From positions 96,001 to 160,000 of the IMG/VR virus record IMGVR_UViG_3300034069_002177: a stretch of 64,000 bases of DNA. One strand, written 5' to 3'. Made by a program: the position numbers and the translations under genes. This document shows, one piece after another, positions 18,277 to 27,479 of this stretch. Each line of letters opens with the position of its first letter. The stretch's first letter is position 1. Source of the stretch: a virus. Taxonomy: Duplodnaviria > Caudoviricetes. The notes beneath the pieces were generated by a model, which ran no database searches, was not told where the DNA came from, and saw only the letters and a list, made by a program, of their open reading frames with translations.

Positions 18277-21210
18277 ATGATGGTATCCACACACGAGAAG
18301 CACGCTCTCCGAGTTGCGCGTAAGGCAGAAGACCTGTCTTACGCCGCGCGTTCGGTTTGGGGTAAGACCCAGCGTGGTAAAGATACGACCTTCTGGATGC
18401 CTCTTTACCGGCACTTGGCTGATACTGCACTCGTATCTGCGCGCCTTTACGATGAATACCTGCCGGATGCCGCCAAGCGAGATATTGCTCTTGCTCTGAA
18501 CAGCGAAGATGATGCGCGGACACTAGCTATTTTCCTTGCTGGAATTCACGACCTCGGTAAGTCATCGCCTGTTTTCCTTGCATCAGAAGATGATTACGTC
18601 AATGAACTCAATGATGCATTCATGGGCAAAAATGGTCTTCACGTGCCACGAGGTCTTGATAGATCTCTAATTCGACATGAAGTAATCTCAGCTATTCTCA
18701 TCAAGCGCTTCCTTCTCGAAGAAGGTGTCTCTGAGGCTGTAGCTGATTCTTGCGCAATCGTAGTCGGTAGTCATCACGGCAACCCCCTCTCTCACGAGCT
18801 TCTTGCGTCTTGTATCGGTCGAGAAGACATCATCGGAACTTCTGACCCAGCCTGGCTCGCCGTTCAGCGCGAAATCTTTGACTATGCCGCTGTCATCTCC
18901 GGGGCTAACAAGAGCTTCATTAATTGGCGAGACATGGAGATGTCACGTTCAGCAGAAACCATTCTTATGGGTTTCGTTGTAGCTGCTGACTGGGGTGCCT
19001 CTCAGGGTTTTGGCTGCAATATGTCTTTGAAATCCAAGACCCTCGACATCGACGTAAAGAAAGACACCAGCCGAGCGGTGGTTGCGCTCAACGCACTGCC
19101 TATTCCATCCAAGTGGACACCCTCTGTACCGCCCAACGCAGGGAGTGAATTCTTCCATACGAGATTTGGCTTCCCACCACGACCTGTACAGAAGGCTGCG
19201 CTTGATGCTGTTCGTCCAATGACAGACAGTGGGCTAATAATCATCGAAGCCCCAATGGGTGAAGGCAAAACGGAAGCCGCGCTCGCTGTTGCTGAGGTAA
19301 TGGCTCAGCAAACTGGTGCGTCAGGAGTATTTGTTGCACTACCCACCATTGCTACCTCAGACGCCATATTCAGCCGCGCCCGAAGCTGGGTTAGCAACCT
19401 TCCCGGAAGCCGCAGTGGCATGTCGATGTATCTTTCGCATTCCCGTTCCGGTCTCAACGGTAACTTCGCTGAACTACTAGATGCGGCTCGTGAAGAAGGC
19501 GTCGATGGTGGACACGTCAATAGGTGGCTGTCACAGGGAACCAAGCTGGGTCCGCTATCGAACTTCGTAGTCGGGACTATCGACCAAGTGCTTGTTTCGG
19601 CATTGGCATCAAGGCATGTCACGTTGCGACATCTAGCGCTCGCCAACAAGGTTGTAATTCTCGATGAGGTGCATGCATATGATGCGTATATGAACGTATT
19701 CCTGGCACGAGCGTTGCAATGGTTGGGTTATTACGGCGTTCCCGTCGTGCTTCTTTCGGCTACTTTGCCGACCGATATCCGCAAGGATCTGGTGGTGGCA
19801 TATAACGACGGCTTGAATTCGCGTCGGACGATGAGTGCACCTGTCAAGGAACTTCCTCTTACTTTGGACATCACTAAGATTGCAAAGTCCAAGCAGTCAC
19901 GTAATGACATTGGCGGTATTGACCTGAAGCCGTTGACAACTATTCGGTACCCTTTGATTTCCGTTCTGGACAAGAAAGGTGTGCATGTTCATCACACCGA
20001 AGGTGCATCGAGCAAGAATCCGCTCGCTCTGAATGTGCTTCCTGGCGGTGGTAACGACGAGACGCTCGCGAAGCGTCTTTCTGACCGACTCATCCACGGC
20101 GGGTGTATCGGAATCTTCCGTAATACGGTCGCTCGTTCTCAGCAGACCTATGACGCCATGAAGGCATACTTTGCGGAGCAAGAAATTCCTGTCGAGGTTC
20201 TTCTACTCCACTCGCGATTCATCGGGCTTGATCGCGCCGTCAAAGAACAGCGGCTCAACAACTATCTCGGCAAGGAATTTGCCAAACGACCTAAGCGGCT
20301 CATTGTAGTCGGAACACAGGTGATGGAACAGTCGCTTGATATCGATTTCGATGAAAGCATTTCGGACATTGCTCCTATTGACTCGCTGTTGCAGCGCGCG
20401 GGACGAACCCATCGCCACAACATCCCCAATCGTCCGCGCGTATTCACGGAACCAAGACTTTACATCGCTGGAGTCTCTAACTGGGATGAAGAAGAAGGTG
20501 GGGTGCCTGGTGTCAACCATGCCGCAGAAGCGATTTATCCACTCAAAACACTGTACCGAGCCGTTCACGCCCTGCGCCCTTACGCCCTAGATGACGAGAA
20601 GCGACTACAACTCCCTCGTGATATTTCTGCCTTGGTACGTCGTGGTTATGGCGACCGTGTTCGTCCGCCTGAAAGCTGGAAGGACGAATGGAAGGTAGCC
20701 GAGAAAGAATGGCGCGATCTCATCAAGGATAAACGGGATAAGGCTGACAGTAACTATCTCCTTCCCGCGCCTGAGACCGACATCCTTGACTGGCAAAGCC
20801 ATATCAGCAAGGGTGTTGGAGATAGCGAATCCAAAGCACTCGCGTCTGTCCGAGACATCGATGATGAGGAAGAGATCATCTTGCTCAAGTCGAATGGAAA
20901 GGGTCAGATCCAAACTCTCGATGGAGAGTTTGCTGGTGCTGGTCTCGCAGTTGATTTCGAGAGTAAACCTAATCACGAAACTGCACTTGCTATTGCGGCA
21001 AGCATGTTGCGTCTCCGGGCAAAAGAATTTGCTGCCCTTGACGCTGAGTCGGTTCTATTCGACACCGATCTGATTGGTGAATGGAAAGCGATTCCGATTC
21101 TACGTCACAAGAAAATTCTGGTGCTGCGAGAGAACATGGTTATCAACGGCAAGGGTTTTGCTGTGCAGTACAGCCATGACCGGGGTTTGGAAATGAAGGT
21201 GGTTAAGTGA
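18277..21210 (+). CDS. cas3: Cas3 HD nuclease-helicase (type I-E)
   Basis: WGK...PL..HL.DT, IHDLGK, HHG, EAPMGEGKTEAA, LDEVHAY, LLSATL, HSRF, TQVMEQSLDIDFD and QRAGRTHRH. Confidence 0.97.
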   Translation: MMVSTHEKHALRVARKAEDLSYAARSVWGKTQRGKDTTFWMPLYRHLADTALVSARLYDEYLPDAAKRDIALALNSEDDARTLAIFLAGIHDLGKSSPVFLASEDDYVNELNDAFMGKNGLHVPRGLDRSLIRHEVISAILIKRFLLEEGVSEAVADSCAIVVGSHHGNPLSHELLASCIGREDIIGTSDPAWLAVQREIFDYAAVISGANKSFINWRDMEMSRSAETILMGFVVAADWGASQGFGCNMSLKSKTLDIDVKKDTSRAVVALNALPIPSKWTPSVPPNAGSEFFHTRFGFPPRPVQKAALDAVRPMTDSGLIIIEAPMGEGKTEAALAVAEVMAQQTGASGVFVALPTIATSDAIFSRARSWVSNLPGSRSGMSMYLSHSRSGLNGNFAELLDAAREEGVDGGHVNRWLSQGTKLGPLSNFVVGTIDQVLVSALASRHVTLRHLALANKVVILDEVHAYDAYMNVFLARALQWLGYYGVPVVLLSATLPTDIRKDLVVAYNDGLNSRRTMSAPVKELPLTLDITKIAKSKQSRNDIGGIDLKPLTTIRYPLISVLDKKGVHVHHTEGASSKNPLALNVLPGGGNDETLAKRLSDRLIHGGCIGIFRNTVARSQQTYDAMKAYFAEQEIPVEVLLLHSRFIGLDRAVKEQRLNNYLGKEFAKRPKRLIVVGTQVMEQSLDIDFDESISDIAPIDSLLQRAGRTHRHNIPNRPRVFTEPRLYIAGVSNWDEEEGGVPGVNHAAEAIYPLKTLYRAVHALRPYALDDEKRLQLPRDISALVRRGYGDRVRPPESWKDEWKVAEKEWRDLIKDKRDKADSNYLLPAPETDILDWQSHISKGVGDSESKALASVRDIDDEEEIILLKSNGKGQIQTLDGEFAGAGLAVDFESKPNHETALAIAASMLRLRAKEFAALDAESVLFDTDLIGEWKAIPILRHKKILVLRENMVINGKGFAVQYSHDRGLEMKVVK

Positions 21211-23261
21211 CATCGTTCAACCTTGTTGATGAGCCTTGGATTCCAGTCAATCTGATTAGCGGTGAGGGTGTTGACGTTTCACTAAGAGATCTCTTTGCCC
21301 GCTCTCGTGATATTCGCTCTATCGAGTGTGACAACCCGATGCAGACCGCAGCGGTGGTGAGACTGGTACTTGCTGTAATGTACCGGGCTCTTACGCCTTT
21401 GTTTCTGGCGCAGAAGAATCACGCTAAAAACGCCGATGTCACTCTCTGGAAAATGCTGTGGGACGACGAGACGGGCACACTTGCCAACACAATCGACAGC
21501 TATCTCGAAACATGGAAGAATCGCTTCGATCTATTCGATGCCAAGCGCCCTTTCTACCAAATCGCTGACTTGGAATACAGCAGCGCCGATGAAAGCAATC
21601 GAGGCGAAATCAAGCGCAGCCTTGGAAAGATGATGCCTGACGGTGACATCATCAGCGTTTTCAAGAACAGCGATTTTGCTGCTAAGGTGAGTTATGCAGA
21701 AGCGGCGCGTATTCTCATTGGCTACCATTCGTGGTCAACTCTCGCTCCACTCAGTCCTGTGGTGGGTATTTACCCGGATGACGAGCTAGCTATTTCACGA
21801 CTGTATCCCAAAGGTCATCGCGGTTGGTGTTCTTCAATCGGGATCACCCTCATGGTAGGTCGCAATTTCTATGAGACGGCGATGCTCAACTTCGTCCCCA
21901 GCCAACTCAATTTCAAAGATGTACCTTTCTGGGAAGAGGCTAAGGCTCGAAAAGTGCCGATCCTCTATGAAATGCCAGATGGTCTCGCCAAGCCCATCCT
22001 CAAATCTCGCAATGCCAAACCTGTTGGTCAGGTACAGCTTTTCGTTTGGTTCGCTAAGAGCGTTCGACTAATTCCCGAAAACGGTAAAGTCGTTGCGGCT
22101 ATTTCATCCGAGCACGATTCACTGAGTTCCCGAAGCTCCAATGTACACATGGCTCGACACCATGAAACTCAAACTGCTTGGCGCGAAACGGAGAAAGGTG
22201 AGATGGCGGCGTATCACTTTGTCAGCGACTCGGTTTGGCAGAACATTCCCGCAGTGCTTCCCAAGACTCGTGATGGATTCCTTGCCCCACTCAACGTTAC
22301 ATGGTCGGCAAAGGTCGTCAACTTACTCGGTATTCGGCTACCCGCACGAATTCGCATTATCGGAGCGAGTACCGATGATCGTGCGCAAACATTTCGAGGC
22401 GTTATTGACAAGAGCGTTACCATCTCGTCTTTGTCCAAACTGGATAATCCCGTTGTCACAGCCCGTATTGCAGATACTGCCGAAACGTTGACGAAAATGG
22501 TTAGGACTTACTACTACGGCTTTGCACGCGATGTCCTCTCTACCAAGTACGGGGAGGTGTCCAGCATCCTTTTAGATGCCCTTATGTCGCCAGCTAACGT
22601 TGTCTTGGACAAGTCCTTCGTCTCTTTGTTCCGGCTCGCTACAGACCCGAATGAGCCGAACGTTGATACTGTTATCGATGGCTTGGTCGAACACTTGATC
22701 GAGCTATCTCAGGAAGTAGCCAATGATTCAAACGGAACTGACTTGCTGGGAAAATGGCACCACATCAACGGAGAAAACAAGCTTCTTTCGATTGCTGCCT
22801 CACGCGCAAGATTGTTACGGGGAATTCAGCCCGAACGCAAGAAATCGTTTGGAAAACTGACCGAAGATGCTGGGTTTGTAAGGTGGGCGATCAATAAGAA
22901 CCTCGCCAGCAAAAAGCTGAGCCCCGAAGAGTCCGACTTGGATGAGTTCGTGTTGGGGTTCTGGTCTGGGCGGAAAAATCTACCCAGCGGTGCTCCCGTC
23001 CATATCGTCGAGAAGACTCCTTATGACTCTTTTTCGGTATTGCGCAAGAGTGATGGCGCAGCCTTCGATGAGAGAGTTTCTGACCTTTTCGATGCCAAAG
23101 ATGATGCAACCATCAAGGAGTCCTTACGTCGTCTGGCGGGTGTGGCTAATTCGCAGGGTTATCCGATGGATTTCGGAACTCTCGCGGCTATTGGGAAGTC
23201 GATTCACAATCCCGAACTACGTCTAGAAATCGCGCAAGATATAGCAGACCGCCGTAAGTGA
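21207..23261 (+). CDS. cas8e: Cas8e/Cse1 with an apparently fused C-terminal Cas11/Cse2
   Basis: SFNLVDEPWIPV and GW...G.....GRNFYETAMLNF mark Cse1. The 684-aa ORF ends in FDERVSDLFDAKD...LRRL......G.PMDFGTLA...RLEIAQD, which is Cse2-like. No separate cse2 ORF. Confidence 0.85.
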   Translation: MTSFNLVDEPWIPVNLISGEGVDVSLRDLFARSRDIRSIECDNPMQTAAVVRLVLAVMYRALTPLFLAQKNHAKNADVTLWKMLWDDETGTLANTIDSYLETWKNRFDLFDAKRPFYQIADLEYSSADESNRGEIKRSLGKMMPDGDIISVFKNSDFAAKVSYAEAARILIGYHSWSTLAPLSPVVGIYPDDELAISRLYPKGHRGWCSSIGITLMVGRNFYETAMLNFVPSQLNFKDVPFWEEAKARKVPILYEMPDGLAKPILKSRNAKPVGQVQLFVWFAKSVRLIPENGKVVAAISSEHDSLSSRSSNVHMARHHETQTAWRETEKGEMAAYHFVSDSVWQNIPAVLPKTRDGFLAPLNVTWSAKVVNLLGIRLPARIRIIGASTDDRAQTFRGVIDKSVTISSLSKLDNPVVTARIADTAETLTKMVRTYYYGFARDVLSTKYGEVSSILLDALMSPANVVLDKSFVSLFRLATDPNEPNVDTVIDGLVEHLIELSQEVANDSNGTDLLGKWHHINGENKLLSIAASRARLLRGIQPERKKSFGKLTEDAGFVRWAINKNLASKKLSPEESDLDEFVLGFWSGRKNLPSGAPVHIVEKTPYDSFSVLRKSDGAAFDERVSDLFDAKDDATIKESLRRLAGVANSQGYPMDFGTLAAIGKSIHNPELRLEIAQDIADRRK

Positions 23262-23262
23262 T

Positions 23263-23291
23263 TTGACACGACGACTACACTCAGATACCCT
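23263..23291 (+). promoter_or_regulatory. Internal promoter upstream of cas7
   Basis: TTGACA-17 nt-TACCCT in the cas8e-cas7 gap, followed by an AGGAGA RBS. Confidence 0.65.
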
Positions 23292-23310
23292 TCCGTCAGG
23301 AGAACCATCA

Positions 23311-24381
23311 ATGACAACTTTCATCAACATCCACGCCATTCAAAGCCTTCCTCCATCGTCGCTTAACCGTGATGACAGCGGAGTTCCTAAGAAGGCACTG
23401 TTCGGCGGTACAGAACGCGTTCGGGTTTCTTCTCAGTCATGGAAGTTCGCTATTCGAAAGTTCTTTTCTGATAACTACGACTCCAGCTATATTGGGTGTC
23501 GGACGACTCAGCTTCCTGTGGAGTTCGAAAAGGCTCTACGGTCAATCCGACCCGAAGCCGATGATGCACTGGTGAAAAAGCTGACGAAGACAGTTTTGGG
23601 AGTAGCCGAGAAAACCGAAGAAGACGGGGCGGGATTCGAGCCTGGTTCGGTTGCGGGTTCTAAGATGATTGTCTTCTATAGCCCCGCGCAGTTAGAGGCG
23701 CTCGTTACCATCGCCATCGAGGTGGTTGACGGAAAACGAAAAGGTGTCACTGTTTCTGAGATCAAAGAAGCATTGGTTGGCAAGAACACTGTCGATATCG
23801 CCCTGTTTGGGAGAATGATGACGGCTCAGGCGGAACTAAGTGTTGATGCTGCGGCAAATGTTGCTCACGTCATCGGAGTTGATAAATATGAGTCGCAACG
23901 TGACTCCTTTGTGGGTTTAGACGACAACCTCGGTAAGGCAAAAATCCTGGGCTCCATTGACTTCGTATCTTCGGTCGTCTACCGATACGCATGTATCGAT
24001 GCTGATTCACTCACCAAGAACCTTGATGGTGACAAGACGTTCTCGGCGGAGGCGGCTGGTGCATTTATCAATGCATTCATTCGGTCCATGCCATCGGGTA
24101 AGCAGTCTAGCTTCGCGGCTCATACCCTCCCCAGTTTCGTTCTCGTAACACTTTCAGATAATCAGCCACTCTCGCTTGCTAGTGCCTTCACTCGGGTAAT
24201 TAGCGGCGACGACATTGAAAACGACGCTATTGACGCCCTGGTGGAGAATGCGATGATGATCTCCGATAACTATGGGGAACCGATTGCTGCATTCACGTTG
24301 CATGATGGAACGCATGATATTCCTTTTGCGAAGAAGGTTTCGCTGCCCGACCTAGTTGACTCTGTGAAGAAAGCTTACTAA
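23311..24381 (+). CDS. cas7: Cas7/Cse4
   Basis: FINIHAIQSLPPSSLNRDDSG.PK...FGG..RVRVSSQSWK, DIALFGRM and YRYA. Confidence 0.96.
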   Translation: MTTFINIHAIQSLPPSSLNRDDSGVPKKALFGGTERVRVSSQSWKFAIRKFFSDNYDSSYIGCRTTQLPVEFEKALRSIRPEADDALVKKLTKTVLGVAEKTEEDGAGFEPGSVAGSKMIVFYSPAQLEALVTIAIEVVDGKRKGVTVSEIKEALVGKNTVDIALFGRMMTAQAELSVDAAANVAHVIGVDKYESQRDSFVGLDDNLGKAKILGSIDFVSSVVYRYACIDADSLTKNLDGDKTFSAEAAGAFINAFIRSMPSGKQSSFAAHTLPSFVLVTLSDNQPLSLASAFTRVISGDDIENDAIDALVENAMMISDNYGEPIAAFTLHDGTHDIPFAKKVSLPDLVDSVKKAY

Positions 24382-24384
24382 GTC

Positions 24385-25128
24385 ATGTCATCCGTCGTTC
24401 TTGTCCTTTCTGGTGTACTCCAATCATGGGGTACTACCACTATCGGTCATGCCCGAGCAACAAACAGCTACCCAACCAAGAGCGCCATCGTTGGTCTTGT
24501 TGCAAATGCGCTCGGTAGAGAACGCACTGATACCATTTCGGATTTGGCGAAACTTTCGTTCGGAGTTCGTATCGATATGGCGGGCGTAGTGCAACGTGAT
24601 TATCACACGGTCAGCATTATCACTCAGCCGACTAAAGGTGACAGAGTGAATCGCATCACTGAACGCTATTACTTAGCCGATGCTGTTTTCGTGGTCGTGC
24701 TTAGTGGTACTGATAATGAGCTAATCAAGCAAATCGGAGAAGCATTACAGCGCCCCGCACGACCTTTGTTCCTGGGACGCAAGTCATGCCCTCCTATCAG
24801 ACCAACTTTTCATAGCTACTCAGATCTTGGCGTTCAAGAAACACTGGCTGCTGTTGCTTGGCAGGCTGATATTGCTACGCAGGAATCATTCATCGGTTCT
24901 CATCTCGAATTAGATGTTTACCGAGACCCTACCGATGACATCGAGGGTTTTGACTCTGATGTCATCAATGACCAGCCGAAGAGTTTTGATCCTCATGCTC
25001 GTAGGTATGCATCACGAGGCGTTTACCGCGATGTCGTAAAGATCGAGTTTCCTATTCAGCAGTCAAGAACGACTCCTATTTCTGGTTTCTTTGCGCTGGC
25101 ACAAAAGGTTGCGGAGGCAGCATCATGA
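24385..25128 (+). CDS. cas5: Cas5e
   Basis: L.L.G.LQSWG, PTKSAIVGLVANALGRER, ERYYLADA and LFLGRKSCPP. Confidence 0.96.
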   Translation: MSSVVLVLSGVLQSWGTTTIGHARATNSYPTKSAIVGLVANALGRERTDTISDLAKLSFGVRIDMAGVVQRDYHTVSIITQPTKGDRVNRITERYYLADAVFVVVLSGTDNELIKQIGEALQRPARPLFLGRKSCPPIRPTFHSYSDLGVQETLAAVAWQADIATQESFIGSHLELDVYRDPTDDIEGFDSDVINDQPKSFDPHARRYASRGVYRDVVKIEFPIQQSRTTPISGFFALAQKVAEAAS

Positions 25129-25760
25129 CGTATCTCACCGTCGTTCCTCTGAATGCTTACAGGGCGTCCACTAAGAAGATGCTGTCTTCTCGTCAAGTTG
25201 CTCACGCAACAGTGATGCAGTCATTCGCGCCCAATCAAAATCTCAATGACGCCGATTCAAGAGTTCTTTGGTCGCTTGATGTTTCGGGTCGAGACGTGCA
25301 ACTGACCATTCTGAGTCCAGAGCGGGCTTCTGTAGAGCACATTGTGGAGACCTGCGGATGGACAGCAGCGGGAGATTCTAGCTTCCAGCAAGTTGAATAC
25401 ACCCCGTTGGTTTCGAGTGTTGCAACAGGAAGTCAGTATTCATTTTCTGTCACAGTCAATCCTGTTATTTCGGTCACAGGAAGTTCCAAACGCATAGCGG
25501 TTTCCGAGAAAGACGTAGCTGCATGGGTTGCTTCTAAATTCGGGCGGGAAGGTATGAGAATTATCACCTCAGAAGTAATCTCGTATCGTATTGAATCCTT
25601 CAAACGAGGAAACGGCAAGGTCACTCTGGCGTTGGCTACCGTCACTGGGACATTCCGGGTTGAGGATGCATCAGCCACGCAAAAAGCTCTCGTTGCTGGG
25701 ATTGGTCGTGCCAAAGGATATGGCTGTGGTCTCATCTCACTCAACGAGCAATTAGTCTGA
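25125..25760 (+). CDS. cas6e: Cas6e/Cse3 crRNA endonuclease
   Basis: YLT..PLN, H..VM..F, RVLW.LD and the C-terminal Gly loop GIGRAKGYGCGL. Confidence 0.96.
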   Translation: MTYLTVVPLNAYRASTKKMLSSRQVAHATVMQSFAPNQNLNDADSRVLWSLDVSGRDVQLTILSPERASVEHIVETCGWTAAGDSSFQQVEYTPLVSSVATGSQYSFSVTVNPVISVTGSSKRIAVSEKDVAAWVASKFGREGMRIITSEVISYRIESFKRGNGKVTLALATVTGTFRVEDASATQKALVAGIGRAKGYGCGLISLNEQLV

Positions 25761-25765
25761 TTGGG

Positions 25766-25839
25766 GTGCTCCCAGTGATGGGATGTTCCTCCGTGATACC
25801 GACGTGACAAGAATTCCCCGGCACGCCGGGGTTGCACTC
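25766..25839 (+). CRISPR. Mini-array: divergent I-E repeat (25766-25790), 20-nt spacer (25791-25810), I-E repeat (25811-25839)
   Basis: R1 GTGCTCCCAGTGATGGGATGTTCCT (TCCCA/TGGGA stem); spacer CCGTGATACCGACGTGACAA; R2 GAATTCCCCGGCACGCCGGGGTTGCACTC (29 nt, CCCCGG/CCGGGG stem). Starts 5 nt after the cas6e stop. Confidence 0.8.
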
Positions 25840-25857
25840 CAATCAGATTCACTCAGT

Positions 25858-25886
25858 TTGACTTTCGGGCATAATTGAACTACCGT
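25858..25886 (+). promoter_or_regulatory. Promoter for 25921
   Basis: TTGACT-17 nt-TACCGT. Confidence 0.6.
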
Positions 25887-25920
25887 AGATGTTGTAGTAA
25901 GAACCAGAAAGGACTACAAC

Positions 25921-26325
25921 ATGGCTGTCACTCTAGATTCAATGCCGAACGAGGTCAATGTCAAGGACGCACCTCCCGCTCCTAATCTCGTCAAGGTCGC
26001 AACTCTCCGAGCGGTCACCACTCGCCGTCGTCTGGATCGTTTCTGGCAGATGATTCGCGATGAGGCTCCCACCAGCTATCCCGTTGGCACCTACAGCATC
26101 CCTGGTGAAGAGGATCTGAAGCTCGTGGTGGTCGATGTCATGAAGCCCGCATCAAGCGCAGAGCTTACCGATGACGACACAGCAGTCTTCCCGAAATACC
26201 GTTTCGGTGCAAAGGTCGTCTCTGCCGATTCGATTGCTACCGATCTCGGTGAAATCGGAGTTGCCACTCCTTACGACTACGTAGCTCCCAAGCCCAAGAA
26301 CACTCCCGGTGACGGATTCGTTTGA
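25921..26325 (+). CDS. Hypothetical protein, paralogue of 9483-9905
   Basis: GAAAGGA RBS; RFWQMIRDE...PVGTY...FPKYRFGAKVVSADS. Confidence 0.8.
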   Translation: MAVTLDSMPNEVNVKDAPPAPNLVKVATLRAVTTRRRLDRFWQMIRDEAPTSYPVGTYSIPGEEDLKLVVVDVMKPASSAELTDDDTAVFPKYRFGAKVVSADSIATDLGEIGVATPYDYVAPKPKNTPGDGFV

Positions 26326-26675
26326 TGTATTCCTGCGAACCAGATGAGGTAAATCCGAGCGTCCAGATGCCGGATATCGCTCATGAGATTCTTCGGCTCC
26401 AAAGCGAGCTTGGGGATCTTTGGCAGGAATACATCGAGGTAGCGGAACTCAGCGGTTTTGTTGACTCAGAAAAGCCTCATGAAGAAAATTTCGCCATCTT
26501 GGAATCGACAATGATGGCTGTGGCAGAACGTGGTCCTTATAGTGCCCTCCGTACGCAATCAGAAGGTGTGAACTGGGCAGATGAAAATGGTCTTCCTCAA
26601 CGAATGCATTACCGGAAAGATGGTGTTGTCGAGTACACTTACGATTCGGGCGAGACCTTTCTTTCAAACGAGTGA
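26322..26675 (+). CDS. Acidic hypothetical protein
   Basis: Start overlaps the upstream stop; 117 aa. Confidence 0.65.
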   Translation: MMYSCEPDEVNPSVQMPDIAHEILRLQSELGDLWQEYIEVAELSGFVDSEKPHEENFAILESTMMAVAERGPYSALRTQSEGVNWADENGLPQRMHYRKDGVVEYTYDSGETFLSNE

Positions 26676-26706
26676 GAGGGTTCGTTGTTTGCGTTACGAT
26701 GAACCA

Positions 26707-27012
26707 ATGAACGTACAGCCGCCAAAACCAGATTTGCTCGTCACCTTCCCTGATGGAGCAATAGCTGGATGGCATGACGGTTATTTCTTCGGTGACGATT
26801 CCAAAGCTGCTATGGCTATTCTGAGATGTGAAGCACTGTTCTTTTTTGAATCGGAGCTTGGGCTGTCTGTAGCCAACCAATACTCTATCGAAGGAGCACT
26901 TGTCGCTCTTATTGGTAGTAAGCCCCGAAGTCAATTCATCATCGTACCGGAACAACCAATCAACAACGTCCCAATGGTTTTAGCAGCCGGAATAGGTGCT
27001 TGGCATGAGTGA
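26707..27012 (+). CDS. Hypothetical protein
   Basis: In-frame ATG 26707 chosen to avoid a long overlap; stop overlaps the next gene. Confidence 0.55.
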   Translation: MNVQPPKPDLLVTFPDGAIAGWHDGYFFGDDSKAAMAILRCEALFFFESELGLSVANQYSIEGALVALIGSKPRSQFIIVPEQPINNVPMVLAAGIGAWHE

Positions 27013-27430
27013 TACTTTTATCACCAAAGAAATCTTGGACAAAAACGGCAACCCTAAAACCATTCAAGTCAAGGTCGCAGGTGATGCGTACCGTCCCAAC
27101 CCTAGTTGGCGCGGCATCGAGTACGGCTGGACAATTGATGACGTAGCACCTGAGTCCATTGATGGGAATTGGCGTCAGGACATTGCTGACTGGGTGGTAT
27201 CACACGGTGGCGTTGTGGTTGCTAGACGAGTTGATATCGACAACGAAGAAGTTCCTTTGGTTTATACAGCAAACCACAGCCTGTTATTCGTTGTATTTGA
27301 CAAAGAACCCGAGCCAAAACATTGGCAGCAATGGAGTCAAGACTCTGGCATTGATAAAGAGCAAGTGCTGCTTCACAGAGTCATTCACGACGGCAATTCG
27401 GTTCGCCATAAGTTTTCGTTGATGTCGTAA
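27005..27430 (+). CDS. DKNG-tag (variant) hypothetical protein
   Basis: MSDTFITKEILDKNGNPKTIQVK. Confidence 0.7.
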   Translation: MSDTFITKEILDKNGNPKTIQVKVAGDAYRPNPSWRGIEYGWTIDDVAPESIDGNWRQDIADWVVSHGGVVVARRVDIDNEEVPLVYTANHSLLFVVFDKEPEPKHWQQWSQDSGIDKEQVLLHRVIHDGNSVRHKFSLMS

Positions 27431-27479
27431 CCAGTTGCTAAGATGAGTACATCAGCAATCATCTCTCAAAGGACATGAC

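Noticed and set aside
18267-18287. Spacer complementarity to the cas3 promoter/start (TTGTCAC and GGTATC)
   Set aside because: The two blocks (7 and 6 nt) need a 5-nt bulge, and seed positions 1-4 do not pair, so autoregulation is not supported.
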